A stretch of 64,000 bases of DNA from Eledone cirrhosa (GCA_964016885.1 OZ024741.1:106888001-106952000), one strand, 5' to 3'. Shown: positions 44,798 through 58,413, counted from the stretch's first letter. A program made the numbers and translations. Notes: a model not told the origin generated them from the letters alone.

Positions 44798-45404
44798 TAC
44801 ATACATACATACACATATATATACACATACATAGTTACATATACTTATAATTATTGGGGGGGGGGGATTAAATTTATTTGTGAGAAATAATAAATATATA
44901 GAGATTTCAAGGAACATAGAGTCATAACCTGATGTTAAGGCATTATATATGTTTACTTAATGGTATCAGTTTTAGGAAATGATAGTTGTAAGAAGGAAAG
45001 TAAAATTATGTGGTTCATCAGTAGTAGAATATTAATTATAGGTTAACTAAATTAAAAACAGTTTATATATTAATTTCTAAAGTGTATATTAATTAGGTTT
45101 ATAATATTTAAAGGTTTTTCTCAGTTTATGATTACACGATATTATTAATTCTTGTCGCTTATTTAATAGGATATCCTTAGATTTCATTATTTCAAAAAGT
45201 TCTGGGGAACATAATCTACATTCATATCTACTATTTTGATAAGGGGTGGCCCTTTTGAGCACACTCCAGGTCAGGTCATAATCTATATTCCTCTTTCTAT
45301 AATTATTAATTATTTCAGCTAGAGATGTTGTATTAGCTAGTGTGGCATTTTTAAAACTATGTTTGTGGGTATTAAATCTTACCTTAAATTTGTTAGAGGC
45401 ACTT

Positions 45405-45929
45405 AGTGCCTACAATGCATATAAATGTAAAAAGACCATGAGTATACCACCAGTACATCAAACTAACCATAATATCTCCTCAGTTACAGGATTCACGAAA
45501 AGTTGTAACTGTAGAAACAAGGCAAACTGTCCATTAAAAGGAAATTGCCTTGTTAATAACATAGTATATAAATGTAAAGTTAACACTAAGGACTCAATTT
45601 ATTCATATATAGGAGCTACCTCTAACAAATTTAAGGTAAGATTTAATACCCACAAACATAGTTTTAAAAATGCCGCACTAGCTAATACAACATCTCTAGC
45701 TGAAATAATTAATAATTATAGAAAGAGTAATATAGATTATGACCTGACCTGGAGTGTGCTCAAAAGGGCCACCCCTTATCAAAATAGTAGATATGAATGT
45801 AGATTATGTTCCCAAGAACTTTTTGAAATAATGAAATCTAAGGATATCCTATTAAATAAGCGACAAGAATTAATAATATCGTGTAATCATAAACTGAGAA
45901 AAACCTTTAAATATTATAAACCTAATTAA
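45405..45929 (+). pseudogene. PLE Cys-rich linker plus GIY-YIG endonuclease (5'-truncated; Naiad-like, tentative)
   Basis: CNCRNKANCPLKGNC...IVYKC...YIGAT..FKVRFNTHKHSF...W...CRLC..E...LLNKRQE...CNH; the ORF-track N-terminus (45342-45404) is the antisense arm. Confidence 0.88.
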
Positions 45930-46299
45930 TATACACTTTAGAAATTAATATATAAACTGTTTTTAATTTAGTTAACCTATAATTAATATTCTACTACTGA
46001 TGAACCACATAATTTTACTTTCCTTCTTACAACTATCATTTCCTAAAACTGATACCATTAAGTAACATATATAATGCCTTAACTTCAGGTTATGACTCTA
46101 TGTTCCTTGAAATCTCTATATATTTATTATTTCTCACTAATAAATTTAATCCCCCCCCACAATAATTATATGTATATGTAACTATGTATGTATGTGTATA
46201 TATATGTGTATGTATGTATATATGTATATATATATATATATATATATGTGTGTATATATATATATATATGTATATGCGTGTATATGTGTGTGTGTATGC

Positions 46300-46375
<76 letters not shown>

Positions 46376-47069
46376 TATTTTTATATTCTTTTAATTTCCT
46401 CTCATCTTTAACAGCACTCTACAACTGCATCTAACTCTTATTTATCATATCTATATGCATTAGTATAATTTTATCAATATAAATATACCCATCAATTAAA
46501 TTAATTTATATTCTTTTCATAGATGTATTTTTTTCACTAACACTCTTATCATAAAATTTTAGTCTCCTTAGATATTTGCATTGGCATTACTGGTTTATAA
46601 CAGCAACTGCTCATATACCTTTTACTGACCTGACCTATTTTCACCCCTAAAATAACTTTCTCATTCTTCACACTCCATTCAAAACTGAAATCTGCCTTAT
46701 TCTACCCCTAAAATAAGCTTCAATTACTACTATTTTACCATTTGGCCAATTATTAACTTTCTATTGGTTAATTCTAAACCTTTTACCAAACAGACAGAAT
46801 ATATTAGATCTTTGTTGGTTTTATTCAATGAACAAATATAATTATTTCTGAGGTCAGCATACAACCTATTTTCATCCCTAAAATAATCTTTCATTCATAA
46901 TATTCTTTTCCATCCAAAACTGAAATCTACCTTCCTCTACCCATAATTTAAGGTTCTTCTACTACTATATTACTATCTTGACCCTCACTATCTCTATATT
47001 GGTCAATTCAAAACCTGTTCCCAAACAGACCTATTGTATTGAATCTTTGTTTTTTTCAATAAACAAATA

Positions 47070-47211
47070 TCATTATTTCTGAAGACAGCATATATATGTG
47101 TAGGTATGTATATTCCCTCTGATAGTTTGTATAAATATTGTACATAGATCTATAGAATATGCATACCAACTCTAACACATATATATCCTAGAAACGATCG
47201 TAAAATGATGA
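47070..47211 (+). ncRNA. Type I HHR with about 105-nt stem II domain (mirror about 43803-43946, minus)
   Basis: tcattattt/aaatgatga; CTGAAGA; atatatatgtgt/acacatatatat; GAAA cgatcg TA. Confidence 0.8.
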
Positions 47212-47260
47212 ATTTTTTTAATATAAGGAACTGTTTCTTTGTTTATTCATTATTTTATTA

Positions 47261-47332
<72 letters not shown>

Positions 47333-47339
47333 GTATATA

Positions 47340-47752
47340 TAGAGTATTTTGCAATACACTGCATGCTTAATTAAAAGCATTTTGAAGACCATACGCTATT
47401 GTTTTAACATAGTGACAATGTCACTTATTTAAATCTTTAGCAAACAGAGGAGATAAACTGACAGAGCTCTGTTTCGTACTTTTTGATACTTATCAAAGTT
47501 CACTACCCCTCCTGTTTGCTGAAAATTGTGTGTTGGATTCTTATAGAATTCCAGTAATAATCAGGAACTGATTATACAGAGTGGTCGCCGGTCTAGCAGA
47601 AGTTGAAAATTAGAATTGTTGCTCTGAAATAGCGATATATATATATGAATGTATATATATAAACAGGAGGGGTAGTGAACTTTGATAAGTACTAACAAGT
47701 ACGAAACAGAGCTCTGTCAGTTTATCTCCCCTGCTTGCTGAGGATTTAAAAA
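47340..47752. mobile_element. 331-nt retrozyme family: one monomer on minus (47340-47655) plus an inverted HHR segment
   Basis: Homologous to 52587-53258; HHRs at 47455-47502 (-) and 47677-47722 (+). Confidence 0.8.
47677..47722 (+). ncRNA. Type I HHR with U3-A8 core variant
   Basis: gaact TTGATAA gtact-aaca-agtac GAAA cagagctctg TC agttt. Confidence 0.8.
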
Positions 47753-48189
47753 ATTGAGATTTAAAAAAGGAGATTTAGCTGATATTTTTAGCAGCTATAG
47801 TGGCCGTGAAGATGCTCTCACGTTTGATTGCTTTGTGTATATGGTGTGGATATGGTGCGAATAAAATACATTTATGGAGTGTATAGATAAATTATTCTTT
47901 ATGTTTATGCAATATAATAACTTGCTCTGTGTTATTGGACAATGGTACCTCTTGTGTTCTTGAAATAGAAACCAATTTTATCCTAGGAGACAATTTCAAA
48001 AGAGTCCGGCATTATAAATTTATTAATAATTATTTCATAAAACGATGTGTATGAGTTATGGTGGTGGAATTATCATACATTGTAGTTATCTGCCGTGAAA
48101 ATGATGAAAATTGCGTCGTCCCATTGGTTGGTTAAATTTATGGTAAAGACATGCATTGGTTTAATGTGTACAGCATTAGTTGACGGCTA

Positions 48190-49283
48190 TTGTTGTTGTT
48201 GTTGTTGTTAGCGATAGTAGTGGTGGTGGTGGTGGTGGTGATAATGGTGGTGGTAATAGTGGTGATGGTGGTGGTGGCTGTGGTGGTGATAATGGTGGTG
48301 TTGGTGGTTGTGGTGGTGGTGGTTGTGGTGGTGGTAGTGGTTGTGGTGATGGTAGTGGTGGTTGTGGTGGTGATAATGGTGGTGGTAATAGTGGTGATGG
48401 TGGTGGCGGTTGTGGTGGTGAAAATAGTGGTAGTGGTGGTTGTGGTGGTGATAATGGTGGTGTTAATAGTGGTGATGGTGGTGGTGGTTGCGGTGGTGAT
48501 AATGGTGGTAGTGGTGGTTGTGGTGGTGATAATGGTGGTGGTAATAGTGATGATGGTGGTAGTGGTTGTGGTGGTGATAATAGTGGTAGTGGTGGTTGTG
48601 GTGGTGATAATGGTGGTGGTAATAGTGGTGATGGTGGTAGTGGTTGTGGTGGTGATAATGGTGGTGGTGGTGGTAGTGGTTGTGGTGGTGATAATGGTGG
48701 TGGTGGTGGTTGTGGTGGTAATAATGGTGGTGGTAATAGTGGTGATGGTGGTGGTTGTGGTGGTGATGGTGGTGATAATGGTGGTGGTAATAGTGGTGAT
48801 GGTGGTAGTAGTTGTGGTGGCGGTAGTGAAGTTGGTGGTGAGGGTGGTAATGATGGTAGTGATATTTGTAGTTGTATTGGTGGTGGTAGTGGTGATGGCG
48901 ATGGTAGTCCTGATTTTACTGTTGTTGTTGGTGGTAATGGTTGTGGTGGTGATGGTAGTGGTGATGATGGTAGTAGTAGTAGTGAGTGTGGTGGTGTTGT
49001 TGTTGTTGGTGGTGGTAGTGATGGTGATTGTGGTGGTGGTGGTAGTTATGATTTTACTGTTGTTGTTGGTGGTGGTAATGATGGTGGTAATGGTTGTGGT
49101 GGTGATAGTGATGTTGGTGGTGGTGATAGTTGTGGTGGTGATGGTAGTGGTGATGATGGTAGTGGTAGTAGTGCTTGTGATGGTGTTGTTGTTGTTGTTG
49201 GTGATGATGATGATAGTGGTGGTAGTGGTGGTGGTGGTAGTGGTAGTGGTGGTGGCGATAACGTTGTTGGTGTTGTTGGTAGT
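48190..49283. repeat. Degenerate (GGT)n low-complexity tract
   Basis: Seen directly; explains the Gly- and Val-rich ORFs. Confidence 0.9.
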
Positions 49284-49327
49284 GTTATCTATCTATCTAT
49301 CTAGCTATCTATCTGTCTGTTTGCATG

Positions 49328-49488
<161 letters not shown>

Positions 49489-49492
49489 GTAT

Positions 49493-49876
49493 ATACAATA
49501 TGTAGAAGAGATAACACACTAGAGAGAGAGATAGTGCGCCATCAGTCAAACAGGGAAAAACCACCAGTGTATGGAATGTATAGCTCATGGAAGGCAGATC
49601 TTTTTGGATTTGTACGTGTGTTAGATAGTTATCTTGGTATGTATTTACACTTTAATTTATACTTTTAATTATTGTGTGTCTACTCTGCCTTCCATGGCCT
49701 ATAGATTCCATACACTGGTGGTTTTTCCCTCTTTGACTGATGGCGCACTATCTCTCTCTCTAGTGTGTTATCTTTTCTACATATTGTATTATAAGGGGCT
49801 CGGGATTCCTTCTCCTTTGAGCACATTACTGAGAGGGAATAGCGAGAGTCTATGGCTCCGTTAATTTATCGTGGTA
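49493..49876. mobile_element. Inverted-repeat element with tail (arms about 49493-49597 and 49684-49789), in (TA)n
   Basis: Same arm-plus-tail layout as the HHR fold-backs, but only a CTGATGG and a hairpin, with no GAAA half. Confidence 0.6.
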
Positions 49877-49896
49877 TATATGTATATATATATATA

Positions 49897-50188
49897 TAAT
49901 AAAGAGGAATTAAAAGATGGTTAAAAGAGTTCCATATATTTTATTATGCGCATTTCGAATACAAAATCATCCTGGGACAAAAATTGTGTTCGCATCAGAT
50001 AAAATAAGGTAACATGATAAGAGGCATAATAGCACTTGTTTACAGGAAAGTGCTAAGTCTACATATGACAGAAATATAAGTGCTAAAACTATAGTAAGAA
50101 ATAGATAGGAAAATAGAAGAAAGGAAGGAAGAGGAGAAAAAGGAAAAGGAAGAGAAGAAAAGAAAGGAAAAAAAGAAGAAGAACAAAA

Positions 50189-50267
<79 letters not shown>

Positions 50268-51440
50268 TTGATCAGGCACGGAGTCAAAATGAAAACAGCT
50301 GTAAATAACGGTTAAAAAGTAAATATGTGCGAATATTATAGACGGTATTCCAATGTTAGGGCCTAAATATAGAAACTGGGTATATTAGTTTATATTGGGT
50401 TTAAATACTAAAAATTGGATTAAGAAGTGTAAACATGTATTAATAAAATAAAATAAAATAAAATAAAATAAATATAAAAAGGATTTTTATAAAATAAAAT
50501 AGAAATAAAAATAGTCTCTCTATGTCAGAATTAATAATTTCTAGTAAAAATCTATATATGTGGGGTACACTATTTAATTTTATTTTAAATCAACAAGTAA
50601 ATAAAGGAAATTGCTAGAAAGATTTATAAACGTAGAAAAACATAAGACGTCATAATTTGTTTACAAAATCTACGAAGGTTTGAGCGAAAATCTGAGGCTA
50701 TAGAAAAAAAAGATCAAAGGCTGAAAATATGATGAGAAAACCAAATTAATACATTGTAGAATATAATGAAAGATGTGTAAAGATAATCGTGACACATGCA
50801 ATATGTTAAAGGACATCAGCTTTATACTTTGTGAAAGGTCTTGTAGGATTTATGATTACAAAGTCCAAATAAATGGGTTCTTCGATTTATTATTGTGTTG
50901 AAATTCGAGATAATGGTAAATTTTTAAACTAGACATAAATTAAAAACACTAGATATGGAAGCATTGGAGTATGGAGATGCGTTGTAGATTTTACGCCAAG
51001 AAATTTTGTAATTTGTGTTTTTGTCTTTTAAGAACCAAATAAGTTCTGAGAGTGCGGTGCTGGTCCTTTTAAGTGGAGATTTAAATGTAGAAGAATGATT
51101 ATAGAATCTTGCTTTAAAGGAGGTAGAAGTAGAGCTAACGTAGGTATAGGTGTTGGACTAGTTACCACTTTACATTCGTATACTAGGTTTTTATCGAGAC
51201 AGAAATTACTAAGAGGACAATTAGTTCTAATAGGGCAGTTGCATTTGCGATTAAGATTATTTACAGAGTTATTTGCAAGTGACCCAGGATTAATTATATT
51301 AGGAACTGGAGTGGTGGAATTAACTAGAGGAGGTGCTAAAGTTTCCAGATTTACATTACTATTTGATGCATTCCTCATCCTTATTGATATATTCAACTCC
51401 GTCACACAATTCCATATCAAAATTGATATTATATATACAT
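49897..51440 (-). mobile_element. 5'-truncated Penelope-like element: frameshifted GIY-YIG (about 51375-50822), 3' UTR and HHR
   Basis: KCNCPIRTNCPLSNFCLDKNLVYECKV, then frameshifted STSTSFKARFYNHSSTF...LSELIWFLKDK...W...INRR...CNH; the 3' end matches the 33373 HHR family. Confidence 0.85.
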
Positions 51441-51479
51441 CATACATTCACACACACACACACACACACACATACATAC

Positions 51480-51566
<87 letters not shown>

Positions 51567-51992
51567 GTATGTGTAGTATATATAGAGTATACAGATCCCA
51601 ATAAAGTAATCTAAAAGAACATTTCACAAGCATCTTTCCCTAGGGATACAGTCTTAGTTAAGCTACCTAAAGCTAAAAGGCTTCACTAAGTTCCCCTACA
51701 GCACTTTCTAAGTTAATAGATTGAGATGGTCACCGTTAACAGAACAATTTTTCGTCAGACAGAATTCTGTAAATTATATATAACGCCGAACGTTAAAACT
51801 ATCCTTGATACAGAGTACTCATAACCACCACTTGGATTGCCTTAAACGATATCTCGTTACACATATATATATAACCAAAATTAAATTAAGGATCTCATGT
51901 CTGAGAAACATGCGCCATACCACCTATAGAATAAGCTCAAGATTCTAAGGGATAAATCCGAGCATTTATTAGCATTAAATTAAAAATCGATT

Positions 51993-52101
<109 letters not shown>

Positions 52102-52108
52102 GCACACA

Positions 52109-52194
<86 letters not shown>

Positions 52195-52216
52195 AATATC
52201 TATATCTATATATATC

Positions 52217-52281
<65 letters not shown>

Positions 52282-52387
52282 CAATCGATTTTTAATTTAA
52301 TGTTAATAAATGCTCGGATTTATCCCTTAGAATCTTGAGCTTATTCTATAGGTGGTATGGCGCATGTTTCTCAGACATGAGATCCTT

Positions 52388-52527
52388 GCCCATTCCGAGC
52401 TGAAGATCCGCTAAGGTGAAACAATTGTTCTCGGTATAGTTAATAACTGTTGTGTAACCACTTCTACCTAACTCGTCCCTTGGACTGAGTGCTCTACCAC
52501 TACGGATATTACATTCCAGTGTTCCAC

Positions 52528-52531
<4 letters not shown>
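52388..52531 (+). mobile_element. Single arm plus tail of the 29173 HHR family
   Basis: HHR 52395-52434 with CTGAAGA; truncates the right TIR of the preceding MITE. Confidence 0.8.
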
Positions 52532-52578
<47 letters not shown>

Positions 52579-52586
52579 TGTATATA

Positions 52587-53254
52587 TAGTGTATTTTGCA
52601 ATACACTGTATGCTTAATTAAAAGCATTTCGAAGACCTTACGCTATTGTTTTAGAGTAGTGACAGTCTCACTTACTTTAAATTTTCATGATTTTCAGCAA
52701 ACAGGTGGAGTACTTAGCTTTGATAAGTACCAAAAAATATGAAACAGAGTTCTGTCAGCTTTATCTCCCCTGTTTGCTGAAAATTCTAAGTAAGTGAGAC
52801 TGTCACTACTCTAAAACAATAGCGTAAGGTCTTCGAAATGCTTTTAATTAAGCATACAGTGTATTGCAGAATACACTATATATACATTAATATATATATA
52901 TCGCTATTTCAGAGCACCAATTCTAATTTTCAATTTCTGCGTGTCCGGCAACTGCTCTGCATAATCAGTTCCTGATTATTACTAGAATTACTAGAATTCT
53001 ATAAGTATCAAACATTCATAATTTTCAGCAAACAGGTGGAAAACTTAGCTTTGATAAGTACCAAAAAATACGAAACAGAGTTCTGTCAGCTTTATCTCCC
53101 CTGTTTGCTGAAAATTTAAAGTAAGTGAGACTGTCACCACTCTAAAACAATAGCGTAAGGTCTTCGAAATGCTTTTAATTAAGCATACAGTGTATTGCAA
53201 AATGTACTATATATACGTTCATATATATATCACTATTTCAGAGCAACAATTCTA

Positions 53255-53258
<4 letters not shown>
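52587..53258 (+). mobile_element. Retrozyme-like tandem, 331-nt monomer (about 1.7 copies) with a 5' inverted 100-bp piece
   Basis: Two U3-A8 HHRs with GUC sites ending at 52756 and 53087. Confidence 0.85.
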
Positions 53259-53302
<44 letters not shown>

Positions 53303-53604
53303 AACACATCTAACAATTACAGGGCATAATTTGTAAAGAGTGTAAACACACATAGTTACGTGTACATATTACAATGTCTAAATGTGTTCCAGAACACTGA
53401 ACCCTCCGAAAAATAATGTTATGTGTACATGGATCTGGGAATGCTCAGCCACTTGGATGCTCGTCTTTTGAACAAACGGAGACGCATACACAAATACCTT
53501 CAGCCAGATACAAACCTACAAGCACACACACACACACATACATCCATACATACACACACACACATATATATGTATGTAAATATATCATATATATATATAT
53601 ATAT

Positions 53605-53663
<59 letters not shown>

Positions 53664-53725
53664 CACACACGCATACATATATATATATACACATGCACAC
53701 ACGTATATGTATATGTAAATATATC

Positions 53726-53772
<47 letters not shown>

Positions 53773-54191
53773 TACACACCCACACTTACACACCCACATA
53801 TATATAATATATAGTGTAACCTATATACCAAAAAATATTTGACCTGTAGTGTGTGTTTTGTGACACAATGATATTTCTGAGTAATTGATTCTGCTTTTTA
53901 AACATTCTATTGTCACTTTACCACTTCATAGGTTTGAAGTATAAACACCTACCAGCTTTTTTCTTTTTTTCTACACCGTCATCTATTACTTTTGCCTCGC
54001 TTCACATTCAAACTTATGTTTATTCAAGAACTCGCAATCACAATACTATAACCGACTGTGCATGTGTCTATTTTGCACACATACACACACACAAGCACAC
54101 CCACAAAGACTTACACACACACACACGAATCTGCATTGTGTAGGTATATAACTTATATGTATGTGAGTGTATTGACGTTTATGGATACATG

Positions 54192-54221
<30 letters not shown>

Positions 54222-54224
<3 letters not shown>

Positions 54225-55327
54225 AATATGATAATAATGGAGCTGCGGCGTTGCAAATGGGATACATGTGAAAAAGTGAGTCCTTCATCAGTGACCCTCC
54301 AACCGTCCTGGGCATTTCATCGCTTTAAGGGCCATATGCCTCGGGTTGGTGCGAACAACGGCTAAAAAAAGTCGTTGGGACACGTAAATAAAGGGGGACG
54401 CCAGAGTAACAACAAAAAAGTTTTAGCAACGGAAAGTGAGTAGAAATAGACAAGTCCCAGATCTCTATGAATATAAACTCTGTGAAATCGTGAACAAGAA
54501 ATGCCCAGGACGGTTGGAGGGTCACTGATGAAGGACTCACTTTTTCATATGTATCCCATTTGCAACGCCGCAGCTCCATTATTATCATATTTACACATAT
54601 ATTTTTTCCATGCTGCCATTCGTGTTTCGTTTGTATCTTTACCCTTTCTAGCAGTCTCTCTATCTCTGTTAGCCTCCTCCTCAACTTTCACTCACTCATT
54701 CTCTGTCACTACCTCTCCTCCTCCTCTTTCCTCCTCCTCCTTCAAGTTTGACCTGTGTGTAATTCTTTTCTCGCGCGGTCTTGACCAAGCTGGTATGGAA
54801 TTTTTTTCTCTCTCTCTTTCGTCTGCGACTTCACAAAACTTACGTTTACTGAATTCGTAGAACAGACCCCTTCTTCTTCTTCTTCTTCTTCTTCTTCTTC
54901 TTCTTCTTCTTCTTCTTCTTCTTCTTCTTCTTCTTCTTCTTCTTCTTCTTCTTCTTCTTCTTCTTCTTCTTCTTCTTCTTCTTCTTCTTCTTCTTCTTCT
55001 TCCTCTTCTCTCCTTTTTCTCTCTCTCTTTTTTCCCCCCCGTCAAACTTGGGCGAAATTCTTTCCTTGCTCACATTTCAACCAGGTTTGATGGTCTTTTG
55101 TCTCTTGTTCACGATTTCACAGAGTTTATATTCATAGAGATCTGGGACTTGTCTATTTCTACTCACTTTCCGTTGCTAAAACTTTTTTGTTGTTACTCTG
55201 GCGTCCCCCTTTATTTACGTGTCCCAACGACTTTTTTAGCCGTTGTTCGCACCAACCCGAGGCATATGGCCCTTAAAGCGATGAAATGCCCAGGACGGTT
55301 GGAGGGTCACTGATGAAGGACTCACTT

Positions 55328-55333
<6 letters not shown>
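54222..55333 (+). mobile_element. Terminally redundant 785-nt unit (54498-55333) with a 5' inverted 277-bp piece
   Basis: gaaatgcccaggacggttggagggtcactgatgaaggactcacttttttca at 54498 and 55283; 54222-54498 is the reverse complement of the unit's junction region. Confidence 0.7.
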
Positions 55334-55410
<77 letters not shown>

Positions 55411-55427
55411 GTAATAATAATAATTAT

Positions 55428-55584
55428 AATAATTGTTTCTACTTTTGGCACAAGGCCAGCAATTAACCAGTGCATTACTGGTACTTTATTTTGTCGACCC
55501 CGTAAGGATGAAAGGCAAAGTTAACCTCGGCATGCTTCAAAGCATGGCGTCCGACGCTCTACCGATACTGCCAATCCACCGCCT
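55428..55584 (-). mobile_element. SINE family 1 with internal deletion
   Basis: Tail, core and head present; B-box region missing. Confidence 0.8.
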
Positions 55585-55585
55585 T

Positions 55586-55628
<43 letters not shown>

Positions 55629-55711
55629 TTGAAGACTAAAATTTAGTTTCCGAAGATCCCGTTAAGGGTGAAAGCAGCGATTCTTTGCTTAAACTTTAAT
55701 CTGTTATTTTA

Positions 55712-55786
<75 letters not shown>

Positions 55787-55790
<4 letters not shown>

Positions 55791-56368
55791 AGTATGTATG
55801 TATATATATGTACATACATATATGTATACAGACGTACAGTAGTATGTATATATATATACATATATGCACACATATATATATATATGCATGTATCGGTTTA
55901 CCGAACATTTATTATAATGTTCGATTTGTTTGTAAACAAATAAACAGCCCGAATTATGCCGTACAGTGTTTAGGAAATCACGTCACCTTTCTGTTCAACA
56001 CTGCCACAGGAACGATGTACTAGTTTCAAGCTTATTAGCTATCGTCAGCATCGTATACCCTCCTGCCAGGTGGTTGAACGTCTGAAAGTATATACTTTCT
56101 TTATGCATATATGTGTGCATGTATGTATATATATACATACTACTGTACGTCTGTATATATATATGTATGTACGTATACATACATACATACTTACATTTAA
56201 GTAACTGCCGTACTAAGAGTGAGAAATAAAATTTCGTTTCATTCTATTCCATTTATCGTTTTCGGTGCGCCCGGCCGACTAAACTCACAAATTAGGCTGC
56301 TCAGCCGTTAATATGCATAAGGAAAGTATATACTTTCAGACGTTCAACCATCTGGCAGGAAGGTATAT
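55787..56368. mobile_element. 442-nt retrozyme family copy (55787-56108) plus inverted part (56110-56368)
   Basis: Colinear with 33716-34192. Confidence 0.8.
56012..56054 (-). ncRNA. Type I HHR, canonical core
   Basis: acgatg CTGACGA tagct-aata-agctt GAAA ctag TA catcgt. Confidence 0.88.
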
Positions 56369-56411
56369 AATAATAATAATAGAATAATAATAATAATAGG
56401 AAAGGTATATA

Positions 56412-56481
<70 letters not shown>

Positions 56482-56879
56482 ATTTATAGTTATGTATATA
56501 CTATAAACAACTATAAACAGGAAAGGTCATACTCCCTTATTACCAGTAAGAGAAATAGCTATTAAATGATTTGAACCCAACTTTGATTATTGTCTAATTT
56601 ATTTATATATATATATATAAGAGACGTAAAATAAGAAAATTATAAAATTAACTTACTTACTAAAATATCACTTCCAACTAATTAGTTTCTGGAATGGAGT
56701 AGATACATCTTCCGAAGAAGGTGTAAAGAATCATCCCGTCATCAGGAAAGTCTATTCTCATATAAGTTTCCAGGCAAAGCGAGGACTCTGGAGGCTTATT
56801 AAAAAAATAAATCAGTGAATAGGAAATAGCAAAGCGTGGACTTAATTCCTAGCCATTTATGTATATATATGTTACTAGA

Positions 56880-57821
56880 AACAAATAACGAAACGAAATT
56901 AAATTTCGTTTCGTTTGTAACTCACTTTTGTATGACTGACGCTTAAACAATTAAGTTAAAAAATGTACATCTACATATGCATACTGAAATACTAGTGTGT
57001 ATATGAATACACACACGTATACATATGTAGGTGTACCAAGTCTTTCACTGGTCGCTTTACAGTGAGCGGCCCAGCTATTCTGTATGTAAACACACAGACA
57101 AACCGGTTTTTAGAGTCATACTGGTTTTTCGGGGGAACACCTTCCCCCTATTCTCCAGAAAGCCAGACAAGGAATATTGAACTAGTTTCGTTGTTGTTAC
57201 AACTCATCAGCAATATTTACCTATCTACCGGCCTTTCTGGAGAATTGTAAAAGCACATATCGTTATATGCTTTTTCTATGAAAATTAGTAGTGGACAGAC
57301 TAATTTGCATAGAGTGTGAGTACGCACCGGTTCAGCGGAGACGATAAAAACAAATAACGAAACGAAATTAAATTTCGTTTCGTTTGTAACTCACTTTTGT
57401 ATGACTGACGCTTAAACAATTAAGTTAAAAAATGTACATCTACATATGCATACTGAAATACTAGTGTGTATATGAATACACACACGTATACGTATGTAGG
57501 TGTACCAAGTCTTTCACTGGTCGCTTTACAGTGAGCGGCCCAGCTATTCTGTATGTAAACACACAGACAAACCGGTGTCTGTATGTAAACACACAGACAA
57601 ACCGCTTTCTGGAGAATAGGGGGAAGGTGTTCCCCCGAAAAACCAGTATGACTCTAAAAACCGGTTTGTCTGTGTGTTTACATACAGAATAGCTGGGCCG
57701 CTCACTGTAAAGCGACCAGTGAAAGACTTGGTACACCTACATATGTATACGTGTGTGTATTCATATACACACTAGTATTTCAGTATGCATATGTAGATGT
57801 ACATTTTTTAACTTAATTGTT
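56880..57821 (-). mobile_element. Retrozyme-like tandem, 469-nt monomer (about 1.5 copies) plus inverted 57604-57821; 11-12 bp TSD
   Basis: caaataacgaaacg at 56882 and 57351; (t)atgttactaga flanks at 56868-56879 and 57822-57833; octamer 57303-57310. Confidence 0.85.
57173..57217 (-). ncRNA. Type I HHR, canonical core
   Basis: aatattg CTGATGA gttgt-aaca-acaac GAAA ctag TT caatatt. Confidence 0.92.
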
Positions 57822-58116
57822 TATGTTACTAGATATAAATTCTTTATTATTATCTCCAAAATATTTGTCGAGCAATACTGGCCATGACTGCTGCTACGGT
57901 AGTAGGCTGGCCGCTGTCTTATTAACAACCCACTTTCCACCGATTGACCTCGATGTCACGTGTTCGATTCTTTTTGAATTTGCCACAGACACAGAGGCAG
58001 TGATTTTCTCAATGGCTAGGAATTAAGTCCACGCTTTGCTATTTTCTATTCACTGATTTATTTTTTTAATAAGCTTCCAGAGTCCTCGCTTTGCCTGGAA
58101 ACTTATATGAGAATAG

Positions 58117-58198
58117 ACTTTCCTGATGACGGGATGATTCTTTACACCTTCTTCGGAAGATGTATCTACTCCATTCCAGAAACTAATTAGTTGGAAGT
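58117..58198 (+). ncRNA. Type I HHR (mirror about 56671-56752, minus)
   Basis: actttc/ggaagt; CTGATGA; gggatg...cattcc; GAAA ctaattag TT. Confidence 0.85.
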
Positions 58199-58367
58199 GA
58201 TATTTTAGTAAGTAAGTTAATTTTATAATTTTCTTATTTTACGTCTCTTATATTATTGTTCTGCAACCCCATGCATTGAACCACAATGTTATTAAGACAA
58301 AACCTATATATTTGCTAGCATCGATATGCATTTGTATGTATATATATGTTACTAGATATAAATTCTT

Positions 58368-58413
<46 letters not shown>

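Larger units (their letters stand above)
43615..47266. mobile_element. Penelope-like element as a 1.65-kb inverted duplication (arms 43748-45399 and 45619-47266) plus left tail
   Basis: Arms are near-identical reverse complements; both contain the GIY-YIG 3' part, UTR and HHR; (TA)n/(CA)n flanks. Confidence 0.9.
56617..58372 (+). mobile_element. 523-nt terminally redundant HHR unit with 5' inverted arm (56617-56857); host of a nested insertion
   Basis: atgttactagatataaattctttatta at 57823 and 58346; 56617-56857 is the reverse complement of 58011-58251. Confidence 0.8.

Noticed and set aside
52835-52880. Second HHR-like half in the 331-nt unit (GAAA tgctt..aagca TA cagtg)
   Set aside because: No CUGANGA or UUGANAA core positioned to complete it
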